Shown here piece after piece: positions 36,601 to 46,430 of a stretch of DNA of 64,000 bases (the stretch's first letter is position 1; each line of letters begins with the position of its first letter). The stretch comes from Neophaeotheca triangularis. Its lineage: Eukaryota. A model generated the notes under the pieces. The model did no database searches. It was not told the origin of the DNA and worked only from the letters and a program-made list of their open reading frames with translations. A program made the translations under genes and the position numbers. The stretch covers positions 124,001-188,000 of the forward strand of contig BAAIJX010000011.1 in assembly GCA_054600435.1 (NCBI GenBank). The letters are read 5' to 3'.

Positions 36601-38472
36601 TCCACTCCTTTTGTGTTGAGTACTCGGGCCATCTGGCTTTCCTTGCGACGGAGTGCTGGCCCGCACTTGAATGGAGTTTGTTTCCTGATCCTTGACATTT
36701 CGCGGCCCGGTCTTGGAATAGGGGTGCCGCAAAAAGGGTATCGAGCAGGAAAGAACCTGCAGACTCTGCGCGCTCAAGGGCGATGTCGGTATACTGGCAG
36801 TGCGCATGCTGACTGCGATGCTTTCATGCCGGGGGTCTTGTCGATGATCATCCACTGCGTCCTCAGCCTGCTGTTGCTGTGCCTCTTCAGGTGCCCATTG
36901 CACTCGACGTCGCCTGACAGTCTGCGGCGACCCGCCCTGCGAGACTCGTCGAGAAGCCCCTCGGAAGTCTAGTGTCGACTCTGTGAAGTCGGGATTGTCG
37001 GGGCCGCCGGGGAAGATATCAGCGTCGGGAGAGGCCTCCATGGCGTCGTTAGAGGGCCAGAAGGTCGCGCACGTTCTTCTCCAACATTTCTTGAGCTCCC
37101 CAATAATATTGATGTCGCTACCTCCCCGGTCATGCCGTTGTCGCAGACTATTGCACAAGCCGTTGATCCCTATACAGACTCGCTCTCTGACATTCCAATC
37201 TAGGGCAAAATCGTCCGAAAAGTAATTTAGTATCCAATGTCGAAGTGCCACAAAAGTACGCACCCGTACGATCCTGCCGACATCGTTCGAGTTGGCAAGG
37301 GCCCATTTCATACGAGCAAGCAAGTATTCAAAAAGCTCCAAGGGTGATAGAAACGCTCTGTATGTTAAGAAGAAATCGGACAGAAGCTCGTAGTCCAGGA
37401 ATTGAGGAGAGGTTATTTGAGAAATAAGACGCCCCGTCGTAGCGGCCAGTATACGGCCATTCGTGGACGCATACCGCACAATCGAGGGCGAGTTTGGATT
37501 GGCTTCAATCCGGTCATACATTGACGGGCGTAGCTTGTCTTCTTGGAGGGTTCCGGGAGAGCTAGACGCTGTCCGTGAAGGTGTTGTCGAGTATTGATTT
37601 TGATTCCGCAGGTTTGGTGAAACGGATGGCTCGTGCGAGATATAGCTTGCCGGGGTGACCCTGCGTGTTTGACCAGGTGGTGCTGGAAACAGTTTGTCAT
37701 ATTCTGCCCTTGAAAAGACTGATGAGCGCATGCCATCATCGGTAGTAGTAGTGTACATGGAATTGTGTAGGTAGGCTCTTGTCCCGCTGAAGCGCGGTGT
37801 TCCTAAGCGATAATGTGGTATTCGTAGATCCAGATAGCCGCCAGGCATGTCAGTGGCGCTTTTCGGTCGTTGCAGCTCTTGATCCTCCTTGAGCAAGACA
37901 TTGAAATCGTTCGAGTCGAAAGTTGGCGAACGAACGTGATCACTAGCGGTTGAAAAGCTGTGCGACCGTGTCTGACGATGCCGTGGCACATTTGACATAC
38001 TCGGCGGCGGCACCGATACGCTGGGCCTCGAAGGCTTTCCAAGGCCGGGTCGCTGCTGTGATGTCGTAGTGCCTGATATATCGCTTTGACGAGCACTCGG
38101 AGTCTCTTGGCGATTGACTTGCGGCCCACGGGGCTTGTCTAGAAGAGTCGGGGGCCGGCGAGCAAAATATGCGGACGGCATGCGACTAGGTTTGAGAAAA
38201 AGAGTACCTCCGGCGACATTGCCAACATGGAAATGCCTTGCGCCAGCATCTTCCTCATTGTGCGAGCCGCTCATACTACCTCCCGTGCCCGCGTCGCCAG
38301 CATTGGGCAATCTGACCACTTCCGCGCTGTCTTTGCTTGTCCAACTCCTTCCGTGCGCGTGATACCCGACGTCTTGCCTCTCGCCTGGTTTATTTCGCGG
38401 CATTCTAATGCGTGGTCTAGCCGGTTGGGCCGCATCCTCTCTGCGCTTTCGAGCGAGCGCAGTACGGTCCAT
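33679..38472 (-). CDS. LTE1: RasGEF-domain protein, Lte1-like (mitotic exit)
   Basis: RasGEF_N block (LSDFFLTYRAFL, VRVRTFVALRHWILNYF) and C-terminal CDC25 domain (IAEQLTIIEK, RFNLVVKW, CIPFIGLY, LVNFE) separated by a long disordered region. Confidence 0.88.
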   Translation of the reverse strand: MDRTALARKRREDAAQPARPRIRMPRNKPGERQDVGYHAHGRSWTSKDSAEVVRLPNAGDAGTGGSMSGSHNEEDAGARHFHVGNVAGGTLFLKPSRMPSAYFARRPPTLLDKPRGPQVNRQETPSARQSDISGTTTSQQRPGLGKPSRPSVSVPPPSMSNVPRHRQTRSHSFSTASDHVRSPTFDSNDFNVLLKEDQELQRPKSATDMPGGYLDLRIPHYRLGTPRFSGTRAYLHNSMYTTTTDDGMRSSVFSRAEYDKLFPAPPGQTRRVTPASYISHEPSVSPNLRNQNQYSTTPSRTASSSPGTLQEDKLRPSMYDRIEANPNSPSIVRYASTNGRILAATTGRLISQITSPQFLDYELLSDFFLTYRAFLSPLELFEYLLARMKWALANSNDVGRIVRVRTFVALRHWILNYFSDDFALDWNVRERVCIGINGLCNSLRQRHDRGGSDINIIGELKKCWRRTCATFWPSNDAMEASPDADIFPGGPDNPDFTESTLDFRGASRRVSQGGSPQTVRRRRVQWAPEEAQQQQAEDAVDDHRQDPRHESIAVSMRTASIPTSPLSAQSLQVLSCSIPFLRHPYSKTGPRNVKDQETNSIQVRASTPSQGKPDGPSTQHKRSGSFSDALRDERAPLPSTAKADNPDVQSLATMTFSGGLLRGLLLEPSPPTVNMLVPISPSIEAKSASHPNVNEIGAQNHPSQQHLGVKRIVGDVRRALSSRKGGAECAANSQRSGNSSDSGIYGPAEMQPTASSWQQARGPPRPDVLGSLIEQSYKAAYANVLLPEPSSPLGQQDTHAQDQPDFDQLQDGRFSRPPKISRLDSHLTTGSRSIVIVDGTKPPEIPIGLGHSRIPSVSSWSNGVKSMPPIPAAGFEGTRAMPLRGAGSTYTDVPQGTQSRDFYPPRFLENLGSDYLTAAYSWRDEGDAQQTPISQARKSSSAQPAGFELPPHGHQLRRRPAGDLKAYDHVHELEPIQRPNTDRSSLTASRSYSHSGVYSSELSGTHFTRGLASKLSHRPGPSKHGDSVELLEPRASQPHMRPSFESEANRLAELDRSLDGGIEDALSKLEGTYARTSRSATDLLNRTAEAARSATEPKTTVEQPEEDQHRPPELPSRGTETMGASIYRLSESDGFSMDTKEPSLAASNAPLVASSAQDTDAPPLPNRSLKTALQVQEGTTTHDTKGVAFTKETHDSRQPTEKNSQAKPESVARASTPHGSFLLDDNESLSDISTDIGDPPDEGLGVRSFFFDDTVPDEPAAGSRSHAHLTPQSNMGASFQHLPGISNRDEVSEARPGSALRDALNTPNILTSTRKKQDDMLPTPELKRAETSALDDVSAHLPFVLAFETDVIAEQLTIIEKDALDEIAWQDLIGLRWQQKAPKASNWIEYLESEEPSGIDIVIARFNLVVKWVVSECVLTQAINERVGCIVKFIHIAAHCHRLRNYASTYQIVLALVSSDLSRLTKTWVKVPQAEKQMLSKLESLCQPLRNFHNLRAEMESDATDQGCIPFIGLYTHDLVYNAQKPAQIDASPPGGEPLVNFERYQMAATIVKSLLRMLEASSKYVLHAHPEALSRCLWLAALDDKSITEMSKKLEQ

Positions 38473-39392
38473 TCCCAGCCCGTGGCCCCGCCTTTAGCGA
38501 CGATACGACAGTTCGCGCCGAGATATTCTGTACAGCGTGTTCTCGTGGCGGCTCATCCTTGTGGCTTCGTGCCGTGTACAAAGTATCGAGTGTATCGAGG
38601 GGCGTGCGGATATGGATCGCGTCAAGAGCGCGCCTACAGGCCTATCATGCTGAAACAGAACAGTTGATTGACGGGGTCGAATGGTTTGGCGTGGGCGGGA
38701 ACGGCTGGGGTAATTGGAACTGGGAGATGGTGTGCACAACGAGGTTGGAAGATGCTGAGCGTGCAGTGCAAAGGTTCGAGTCTCGTCGGCAAGTTAAGGT
38801 ATTCATCCAGCCCGCGCCGCAATCTAAACATCCACAGACAGCATCGTCACCTGCATCAAATAATAATAATAACTCAATAATAAGGTATCAAACCGGACCG
38901 TTTTTGCTTAAGCCGCATGGCCAAGGCGGCTCTCCATTTTGTCCCACGTGCTCGATGATCGAACTAGTGGAGACGAGAACCTTGGAAGCGTTGCTGCATT
39001 ATTGCGCTCGTGTGATCAGATATCTGCAGCACTGCTACCTAGGTAGGTAAGGTATGCGATGTTACATACACATACACTGTTCCGAGTTCGCTCATAACCA
39101 CACAGTACTCGGGATGGGCATAGTGATGCTCGATGCTGGGAGTACGGAAGCATGGAAGATAGTTTGGTTGTAGGAGGTAGGGGAGTATCTCTTGGCAGAT
39201 GAAGCCCCTCTTAGGGTCAGACTTAGGGTAGCACAGTACACATTTGTAATTGCCTGTGTGCGCCCAAGTATGACCTTCCCTTAGACGCAACCAGGATACA
39301 TCATTCTGTCAATTCCAATTTCGCATTCCTACAGTTGCCGGGCTCAAATGGAAGGTGGATGAAGAAGTGATACCTGCAGCCCTTGGAGATCA

Positions 39393-40835
39393 TCATTCAC
39401 TCTCCACGTCGTCCACACCATCTGACTGGTGATATCGCTCTGCCTGGTCTCTAGCCGTTGCGATCTCGTACTCGAACTCTTTGAGCGCACGAATCTCACT
39501 GCCGACGAAGAGGCCTCCCATCAATCCATCTATCACTCCGGCGCTGAGCCCAAGCGTGCTAAGGAGCATCAAGATGAACGAAACGAAATTGCGCGGCGAC
39601 CACCAGACCGCTATCAAACAGCCGATGGTGATGAAAACTTCCCCACCAAAATGCATAAGACGGTATCGTCGCTGCTTGCGTTCGCGGAGCATGTACTTTG
39701 AGATCATGTGCTGTATTATTTCGTACGTCTCAGCAGGCAAAGGCTTCACTGTGTCTGACCTCGCTTGAACGGGAGCCGGATCGCTTGTGCCGGCTTTTCG
39801 TGCGGTGGCTTCCGTTCGCGAGAAGGTAGCTTCAATCGAGAAGTGGTCGCTGAGCGAGCACTTGAGCGTGGGATGGCGCATCGTCATTCCGACATTGGCG
39901 GAATCGACGCTCCATTCAGCTCCTGTAGCGTTACTGGCGAAAAACACGTAGTCGAGCCGCTTGGCTCTGTGATCAGGTGTCTTGGGGTCTACATCACGAT
40001 CCTTGCCCTTCTTCAACAGGTCCTTTTGTTGACTCTTCTCCCAGCGCCACGTGTTGAACTTACTGTCGCAAGTAGCTCCGTGCTCGTCGAGACAGTGCTG
40101 CGCAGAGGGTATTGGCCGAGATCTGTCTTTCTCAGCAGCACATCGGGCGCTACCAATGGCAGAGTCGGGTTTCAAAATCCGCCAAACGTCTCTCACAGGG
40201 GAGTGGGCTTCTATCAGCCTGTGGGCCAGGCTCAGCGGTATCATATTGAAGTCTCCCAATCCAAGCACCATGTGTCCTCTTTCCGCCGCGTGCCGCATGA
40301 GCTTTGCAATCTCCCAGGCCTGCGCGGTCCGATGGCAGATGTAGGAATCGTTCGGCTCCCTCTCGTAAGGCGCGTGCAGATGCGTACAAAAGACCTCTAC
40401 CACATCCTTCACCGCTGGCCCGATTCGTATCCGCGCGGTAGCCACACCTTTGCCCACGTACCAGTCGCCTCTGAAGAAGGCTGCTGGCCGGCCGTTCAGC
40501 GGGTACCTGTACATGCTACTCTCCTCTATCGGCCATTTCGAGAGGATTGCAAGGCCACCGCCGAAAATGCCGCTCCAGTAGAACTTTCCATACGGGAGAA
40601 CGTCTTTGGTTGCTTCCCTAATGGCCTGGTAATCTTGCTGAGTCCAACATTCCTGGAGGCCTACAATGGAGGGTGTCGGTGATGCGAGAGCGAGCTGACG
40701 ACCTATTTCGGTCAAACGCTCGTTGCGGAGTTTGGAGATGAATTTAAGGCCCCAACAGTTGAGCGAGATCACCCGGAGAGAAGTCGGGAGCTCGAGGAGA
40801 TCTGAAGCCAGTGGCATTGTACTTTTCGAGGGCAT
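39393..40835 (-). CDS. ISC1: Inositol phosphosphingolipid phospholipase C (neutral sphingomyelinase family)
   Basis: LNCWGLKFISK, GLQECW, THLHAPY, LGDFN, KRLDYVF, LSDHF and two C-terminal transmembrane helices. Confidence 0.95.
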   Translation of the reverse strand: MPSKSTMPLASDLLELPTSLRVISLNCWGLKFISKLRNERLTEIGRQLALASPTPSIVGLQECWTQQDYQAIREATKDVLPYGKFYWSGIFGGGLAILSKWPIEESSMYRYPLNGRPAAFFRGDWYVGKGVATARIRIGPAVKDVVEVFCTHLHAPYEREPNDSYICHRTAQAWEIAKLMRHAAERGHMVLGLGDFNMIPLSLAHRLIEAHSPVRDVWRILKPDSAIGSARCAAEKDRSRPIPSAQHCLDEHGATCDSKFNTWRWEKSQQKDLLKKGKDRDVDPKTPDHRAKRLDYVFFASNATGAEWSVDSANVGMTMRHPTLKCSLSDHFSIEATFSRTEATARKAGTSDPAPVQARSDTVKPLPAETYEIIQHMISKYMLRERKQRRYRLMHFGGEVFITIGCLIAVWWSPRNFVSFILMLLSTLGLSAGVIDGLMGGLFVGSEIRALKEFEYEIATARDQAERYHQSDGVDDVESE

Positions 40836-41187
40836 GATATGCTTGTACTGTGTAAGTCATGTGAGTTCCAACCCGGGAGGTGATTGCCAAAAGTCAAGGA
40901 GGCACTTGCCTTATCTTATCGCCCAAGCAACGCTGTGTTGACACTCTAACCCGAAACGGCGATGTAAACAGTGAAACTGTTGACCTCTTCCATCAAAGTC
41001 GACAGAAACAGGTCTGCTCACAGCTCTACGTTATGTGCTTGCTTTTCCTAAAACACACCCGGAGCGCAGGATAAACATACTAATCAAAGCAGCTTTTCTG
41101 AAATTCGACGTTGGTCACCACCACGATTCAAGGACAACCACACGTTTTATTACCTCCTGCGCGTCATCCAACGAGCGAGCAGAAGCC

Positions 41188-44100
41188 ATGGCAGCAGCCT
41201 CAGATGACTTGATTGACTTCAATGTCATCGAATCGCACAAGGAGAATATCCAAGCACTTCCGAGCGGTAGATCAGCCAGAGCGTTGCACCAACTCTATTC
41301 ACCACCAATACTTGGCGCAAACCCATCACCAGCCACACAAGATGCCCATTCTGCGGCTCGCCAGGAGTTCGAGAAGGAGCTGCAGAACATAGACGAGGCC
41401 GACGACCCGCTCGAAGTCTACGATCGCTATGTCAAGTGGACATTGGATGCATACCCATCTGCGCAATCAACACCACAATCACAGCTCTTGCCGCTACTCG
41501 AACGAGCCACCAAGGCTTTCCAAGCGTCGCCTACGTACAAGAACGATGCCCGCTATCTCCGGATGTGGCTTCACTATATTCGCCTATTCTCAGACGCCCC
41601 CCGGGAAGTCTTTGTGTTCCTGGCTCGACAAGGTATAGGCGAAGGATTGGCGCTCTACTACGAGGAGTTTGCGGCTTGGCTGGAGAACGCTGGGCGATGG
41701 AACCAGGCAGAAGAGATTTACAAGATGGGCATCGAGAAGGAAGCGCGGCCCGGTGAACGGCTGTTGCGCAAGTTTGGAGAGTTCCAAAAGAGGAAAGAAG
41801 AGCAGCAAGCAAACTCTGCAGAGCCGTCCAGCCCCGCTCTTCCAATGGTACGACCGGCTCTTGCTGCGAAGATGGACCCTTTTGCTTCTGCTTCGCCTTC
41901 TGCCGCACAAACACAACAAGCTCAATCTACCGCTCCGAGAAAGGCAAAGAGCTCCAAGATGGCGATTTTTTCGGACGGCGATGAGCCAGCTAGACCAGAT
42001 TCTGGAGGCAGTAACAAGGGCTGGGACAGCATCGGCTCGCTTTCGAACCGCAAGAAGGAAAACAGTACAGAAGCGAAGCCATGGGCTGGCGAGAAGCTTG
42101 GAGGGGCCAAGATCAACGCAGGAATGCAGAAGATGGCAATTTTCAAGGATGAGGTAAGCTCTATCGTCAGCGTTGCTGAAAGCCCACATATTTACGATTG
42201 CAGGACTAAGTCAGACTCACGTATTCAGTCACAATACCCATCTGCGGCTTCATCAGAGATTCAGTCCAGAGCACCGTCAAGTAGTAAGATGAAACATCAA
42301 TATGGTGCTAGGAATCCAAAGACAGGTAGGCGAGAATGCGTCTTTGTCAATCTCGAAGCTTTATATCCGCAGCCTGGCCAGGAGTACTGCTTTGAGGAAC
42401 TCAGGGCACGGCACAGGGGATGGCTGGATGTAGACTGGAACAAGGAGCGGCCAAGCTCGTCACGTCAGGACACTGAGACTACGACGCACCTGGAGCCTCC
42501 TGCTCCGGTTTCCGACGAGAACTTCGAGGTCTCCCAACCCAGTGGCAACATGGAACAGCCCAAAGCGAAGAAGCAACGAGGCTTTCAGATATTCGAGGAC
42601 CAAACGCCTTCGACGGCAAACACGAAGTCCCCTTCGGATGATGACAAGGTCCTGGTGGAATCTTTCTCCAAGACTCTCGCACTCAACGACGAAAATGACG
42701 AAAACAAGGCCCCTTCAAAGCAAGAAGCGGATCTGGCGAAGAAGCTGCGAAGGGAAGAACGTGCAAATCGAACCAGGAAGATCCAGGTCATGGATGTGAA
42801 GCATATCAAGAACGAAACCAAGACCATTCAGCTCAACATGGAGTCCCCAGCCGGTCCCAAGGTGAAGCGCAAGAAGTCTTCTGACAGGGCGGAGCCGACG
42901 ATGACCATCAACACGAAAGAAGCCATGGACGAAATCTACGGCATCTTCAACCAACCTCTAGAACCTCAGGCTGAACAATCCGAGGATGAGGAGGACGAGG
43001 ACAGTGACGAGGACTATGCTAGTGGCGGAGAAAGCACTGGTACAGGCAAGCTCTCTGGCGCTGGTAGTGATTATGGGGATGAGACTCGCAACGAGATACT
43101 CGGCACTAGTCGGGCCACGCAGGCGGCTGAAGAAGATAGAACAGAGCATACCGGCTGGTCTGATTTCACGACCAGCAAGCATGTACCGCAAGAGGTCGAA
43201 GATCTTGTAGACACTGATGGCGAACGGGATTGCAGTGTTTATCGGGATCACGAGAACGAGGAAGCTCACCCTGAAGAAGTTGCGACCCCAAGAGACGAAG
43301 TCGTGCGCACGAGATATGTGCCTCTGCCGCCCGAAGACTTTGAGCCTCCAACGTCCCAGTACCGCGATCAGGCTATTGTTGCGAACAACAGGCTTCCATT
43401 CATGACCCCGATTGTCGAGCAGACTGAATCCTCGGTTGGGGCTGCCACCGCTCGGGCCGGCGTGGAATACTACGACGCGAAGACACCGAGCCGCAAAACC
43501 GGCAAAGCCCAGTCGATACCCGAGGACGAGGCGGATGAGCTATGCAGCAGTCCTTTCCAGGACGCGACGGCGGAAATGGCAGAAGAGAAACGGAAAGTCC
43601 TACAACCAGTCAGGACCAAGTCGACCAAGGGGACCATCTCCCTTGGTCAAGGATCAGCCAAGTCGCAGATAGCGGCGAGGACGGAGCCAGAGGCCCCTGA
43701 GCTACCGCAAAAAGGGCCGATCGTGAAGGATGCGCAGTGTAATCCCATGGACCCCTATATCCGGGAAACAATCCTCTCTCATCTGAAGCCGTCTTTGTCG
43801 ACGTACGAAGGATATCACGAGGACCTCCGCCAGAATTCCGGTCGCACTCCCGAGGTACGCAAATTCATCAAGGCTCTGTCAAAGGCAAGTAGGAGCCGCG
43901 CCGCCGAGGACAAAACAAATTCCGCCTTGGCTGTCCCGCCAACTTTGTGTTTTCACGGCAGCACATACAAGGTCAAACGTGAGCTTGGTGCCGGTACTTT
44001 CGCGCCCGTCTACCTTGTCGAGAACTGCTCTGTCGCCGACGCCATGGCCGCTGAAGACGAACGCGCAATCTCACGGGTAGGCAAGGCAGCCCACCGCAAG

Positions 44101-45051
44101 CCGCTCGAAGCCGTCAAGATGGAGGACCCGCCCTCCACCTGGGAGTTCTACATCCTACGCCAGTCGCACCGTCGCCTGGGTGTCAGCCGGCCGTCGGAAA
44201 GCATCGTGCGCGCGCACGAAATGCACCTCTACCGCGACGAGTGCTTCCTTATTGAAGAGTACCGCGACCAAGGCACACTGCTCGACCTAGTCAACGTGGC
44301 GCGGGCCGAAAACAGTACGACGGGCGGCGGCGGCGGCGGCGGCGGCGGTATGGACGAAACACTCGCCATGTTCTTCACCATCGAGCTCTTCCGAACCGTC
44401 GAAGCGCTTCACGCCAAGGGCATCATCCACGGCGACCTCAAAGGCGACAACGTGCTCGTGCGCTTCGACGACCCGGGGCAAGAAACCGACTGGTCGCCCC
44501 GGTACTTCCCGTCGGGCGCGCACGGCTGGGCCAGCAAGGGCGTCTGCCTGATCGACTTCGGCCGCGGCATCGACATGCAGCACTTCGACCCCAACGTGGC
44601 CTTCATCGCCGACTGGAAGACGAGCGAGGCCGACTGCGCGGAAATGCGCGAGCTCCGGCCCTGGACCTACCAGATCGACTACCACGGCCTCGCGGGCATC
44701 GTGCACTCGCTGCTGTTCGGCAAGTACATGGAGACGCTTGCGGAGCGGGGCGGCGGCGACGGCCTCGGGCAGCGCGCCACCAAGACCTATCGCATCCGCG
44801 AGGCTTTGAAGCGCTACTGGCAGACGGAGATCTGGGGCGAGGTTTTTGCGCTCTTGTTGAATCCGGGCTCGCGTGCGAGTGATGAGGTGGGTGCGAGGAT
44901 GCCCGTCTTGGGTGGTTTGAGGGCTTGTAGGGAGAGGATGGAGGCTTGGTTGGAGGAGAATTGTGAGAGGGGGCTTGGGCTCAAGGGGACGATTGGGAGG
45001 ATGGATGCGGTCGTTAGGGAGAAGAGGAGGAGAGGGCGGGCGGCGGTTTGA
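41188..45051 (+). CDS. BUB1: Spindle checkpoint kinase Bub1/Mad3 (MadBub); likely in-frame intron 42154-42228
   Basis: N-terminal KEN box (HKENIQ), TPR (DDPLEVYDRY), GLEBS (EYCFEELRA), PTMTINTKEA, kinase motifs GAGTFA, IIHGDLKGDN, LIDFGRGID. First ATG at 41188. Confidence 0.95.
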   Translation: MAAASDDLIDFNVIESHKENIQALPSGRSARALHQLYSPPILGANPSPATQDAHSAARQEFEKELQNIDEADDPLEVYDRYVKWTLDAYPSAQSTPQSQLLPLLERATKAFQASPTYKNDARYLRMWLHYIRLFSDAPREVFVFLARQGIGEGLALYYEEFAAWLENAGRWNQAEEIYKMGIEKEARPGERLLRKFGEFQKRKEEQQANSAEPSSPALPMVRPALAAKMDPFASASPSAAQTQQAQSTAPRKAKSSKMAIFSDGDEPARPDSGGSNKGWDSIGSLSNRKKENSTEAKPWAGEKLGGAKINAGMQKMAIFKDEVSSIVSVAESPHIYDCRTKSDSRIQSQYPSAASSEIQSRAPSSSKMKHQYGARNPKTGRRECVFVNLEALYPQPGQEYCFEELRARHRGWLDVDWNKERPSSSRQDTETTTHLEPPAPVSDENFEVSQPSGNMEQPKAKKQRGFQIFEDQTPSTANTKSPSDDDKVLVESFSKTLALNDENDENKAPSKQEADLAKKLRREERANRTRKIQVMDVKHIKNETKTIQLNMESPAGPKVKRKKSSDRAEPTMTINTKEAMDEIYGIFNQPLEPQAEQSEDEEDEDSDEDYASGGESTGTGKLSGAGSDYGDETRNEILGTSRATQAAEEDRTEHTGWSDFTTSKHVPQEVEDLVDTDGERDCSVYRDHENEEAHPEEVATPRDEVVRTRYVPLPPEDFEPPTSQYRDQAIVANNRLPFMTPIVEQTESSVGAATARAGVEYYDAKTPSRKTGKAQSIPEDEADELCSSPFQDATAEMAEEKRKVLQPVRTKSTKGTISLGQGSAKSQIAARTEPEAPELPQKGPIVKDAQCNPMDPYIRETILSHLKPSLSTYEGYHEDLRQNSGRTPEVRKFIKALSKASRSRAAEDKTNSALAVPPTLCFHGSTYKVKRELGAGTFAPVYLVENCSVADAMAAEDERAISRVGKAAHRKPLEAVKMEDPPSTWEFYILRQSHRRLGVSRPSESIVRAHEMHLYRDECFLIEEYRDQGTLLDLVNVARAENSTTGGGGGGGGGMDETLAMFFTIELFRTVEALHAKGIIHGDLKGDNVLVRFDDPGQETDWSPRYFPSGAHGWASKGVCLIDFGRGIDMQHFDPNVAFIADWKTSEADCAEMRELRPWTYQIDYHGLAGIVHSLLFGKYMETLAERGGGDGLGQRATKTYRIREALKRYWQTEIWGEVFALLLNPGSRASDEVGARMPVLGGLRACRERMEAWLEENCERGLGLKGTIGRMDAVVREKRRRGRAAV
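44323..44349 (+). repeat. (GGC)n coding microsatellite giving poly-Gly in the Bub1 kinase domain
   Basis: Nine consecutive Gly codons. Confidence 0.85.
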
Positions 45052-45450
45052 GGGCGAATTTTTCTGGATGGCAGGGTGGTTGTCCTGGACCTTTCCTGGG
45101 CATTTTTCTCTTTCTTTTTCCTTTTTACTTTCATCGTATACCCACGAATTGGTTCAATGTCGTCTTCTGGTCAGTCTCGATCCTTGAGACGGTGGGCTTG
45201 TGACTAGTGAGACCAAACAGCGCTTGATCGTGGACGAAGCGTTTTTGACTCCCAGGGTAAACGCAACCGCGTCTGAGTCCCAGTACCACCAAGGTGAAGC
45301 CACCGAGGTAGTAGGAAATGATAGGGGCAAAAAAAAAACGTCGTGACACCCAACCCGCGTGAAGCTGCATACCTACCTACACACACCACTTCCGTCATCA
45401 CAGTAGTAGTAGTATTAGGCAGCAGCATTAGTGGCCGGAAGGGTCTAAGT

Positions 45451-45486
45451 TAGGTAGGGTAGGTAAGGTAGGTAGGTAGGTAGGTA
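45451..45486. repeat. Imperfect (GGTA)n simple repeat
   Basis: taggtagggtaggtaaggtaggtaggtaggtaggta. Confidence 0.8.
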
Positions 45487-46342
45487 AACCACTACTAAAT
45501 AGTCAACAGTTCTCTCGACAACAGATTTCCTGAACACCTCTGCTGGCCCTGGATGTAGCTCCGAGTCTCGACCCCCATCCACCCCGTGGCATGTGCGTGG
45601 GATTATTATGTCGTGACTACTAGCTAACTACCTACCTAGGTACTACTGAGACTGGTAGTTATCGGCGAGCGATTCATGTACCAGCGTTGCGCTCGTGCGT
45701 TGCCCTGCAGTGCGTGCAGTGCGTGCGCGGCCGTTCGTGCTCTACCTATATACCGGTCTCCAATAATAATGACTGTGGGTGAGGTGGGTTGTTTTGTCGA
45801 TTCGAGGGTCGTGGCGAACGACTCGTGTGTGTGCTGTACCTCCCTCTTTTGACTTTCTGATCTGATTCCAGTAGTAGATGGGATTCATGTCTGTGGGTTG
45901 TTTTGATTGACCCGGCGGCGGTGTGTATGTATGGGAACTTGAAGGTAAGAGGGCTCGAGCCGCGCTCGTTAGGTAGGTGTCCTGTAACTTACTTATGCTT
46001 ATGCTTGGGCTTTGCGTTTGCGTTTGCGTTTGCATCTGCTGGTCTTCTCAGGTTCTGTGCCTATTACTATTTTACTGTACCTGTGAGTGGGGGTGGTTTG
46101 GGTGGCCATGCAGTTGCCCGCATATCTAACTACCTTATTGACTACTAGTATTTAGTATGACAGTAGTATCGTGTGCACCGTACTAGTACTACTGTACACT
46201 ACTGTACATCAAGCTGAAAGGTACAGTAGGTTTGTGTAGGCGCCGGCCAGTCGGAAGCTCTGGCCTTGTCGCCGCCGCCGCCGCCGCAGCTCAACGCGCT
46301 CGAGAGTCGAGACGCGAGTGCAAACAGCTTCTGTACTGAGCA

Positions 46343-46430
46343 CGAGGAGAGGAGAGGGGAGGAGAGGAGAGGACAGGAGAGGATAGGCGAGGAGATGAGA
46401 TAGCTCTGGCTAAGGTAAGGTAAGGTAAAG
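46343..46430. repeat. (GAGGA)n purine tract followed by (TAAGG)n
   Basis: Read directly from the sequence. Confidence 0.7.

Noticed and set aside
41035..41187. Non-ATG N-terminal extensions in the ORF track (BUB1, COG6, bli-3, the 30015 and 47696 ORFs)
   Set aside because: They arise from bacterial-style TTG/GTG starts. Downstream ATGs fit the family N-termini or signal peptides.
41188..45051. KEN box and kinase in one Bub1 protein as a novel fusion
   Set aside because: This is the known ancestral unduplicated MadBub architecture.
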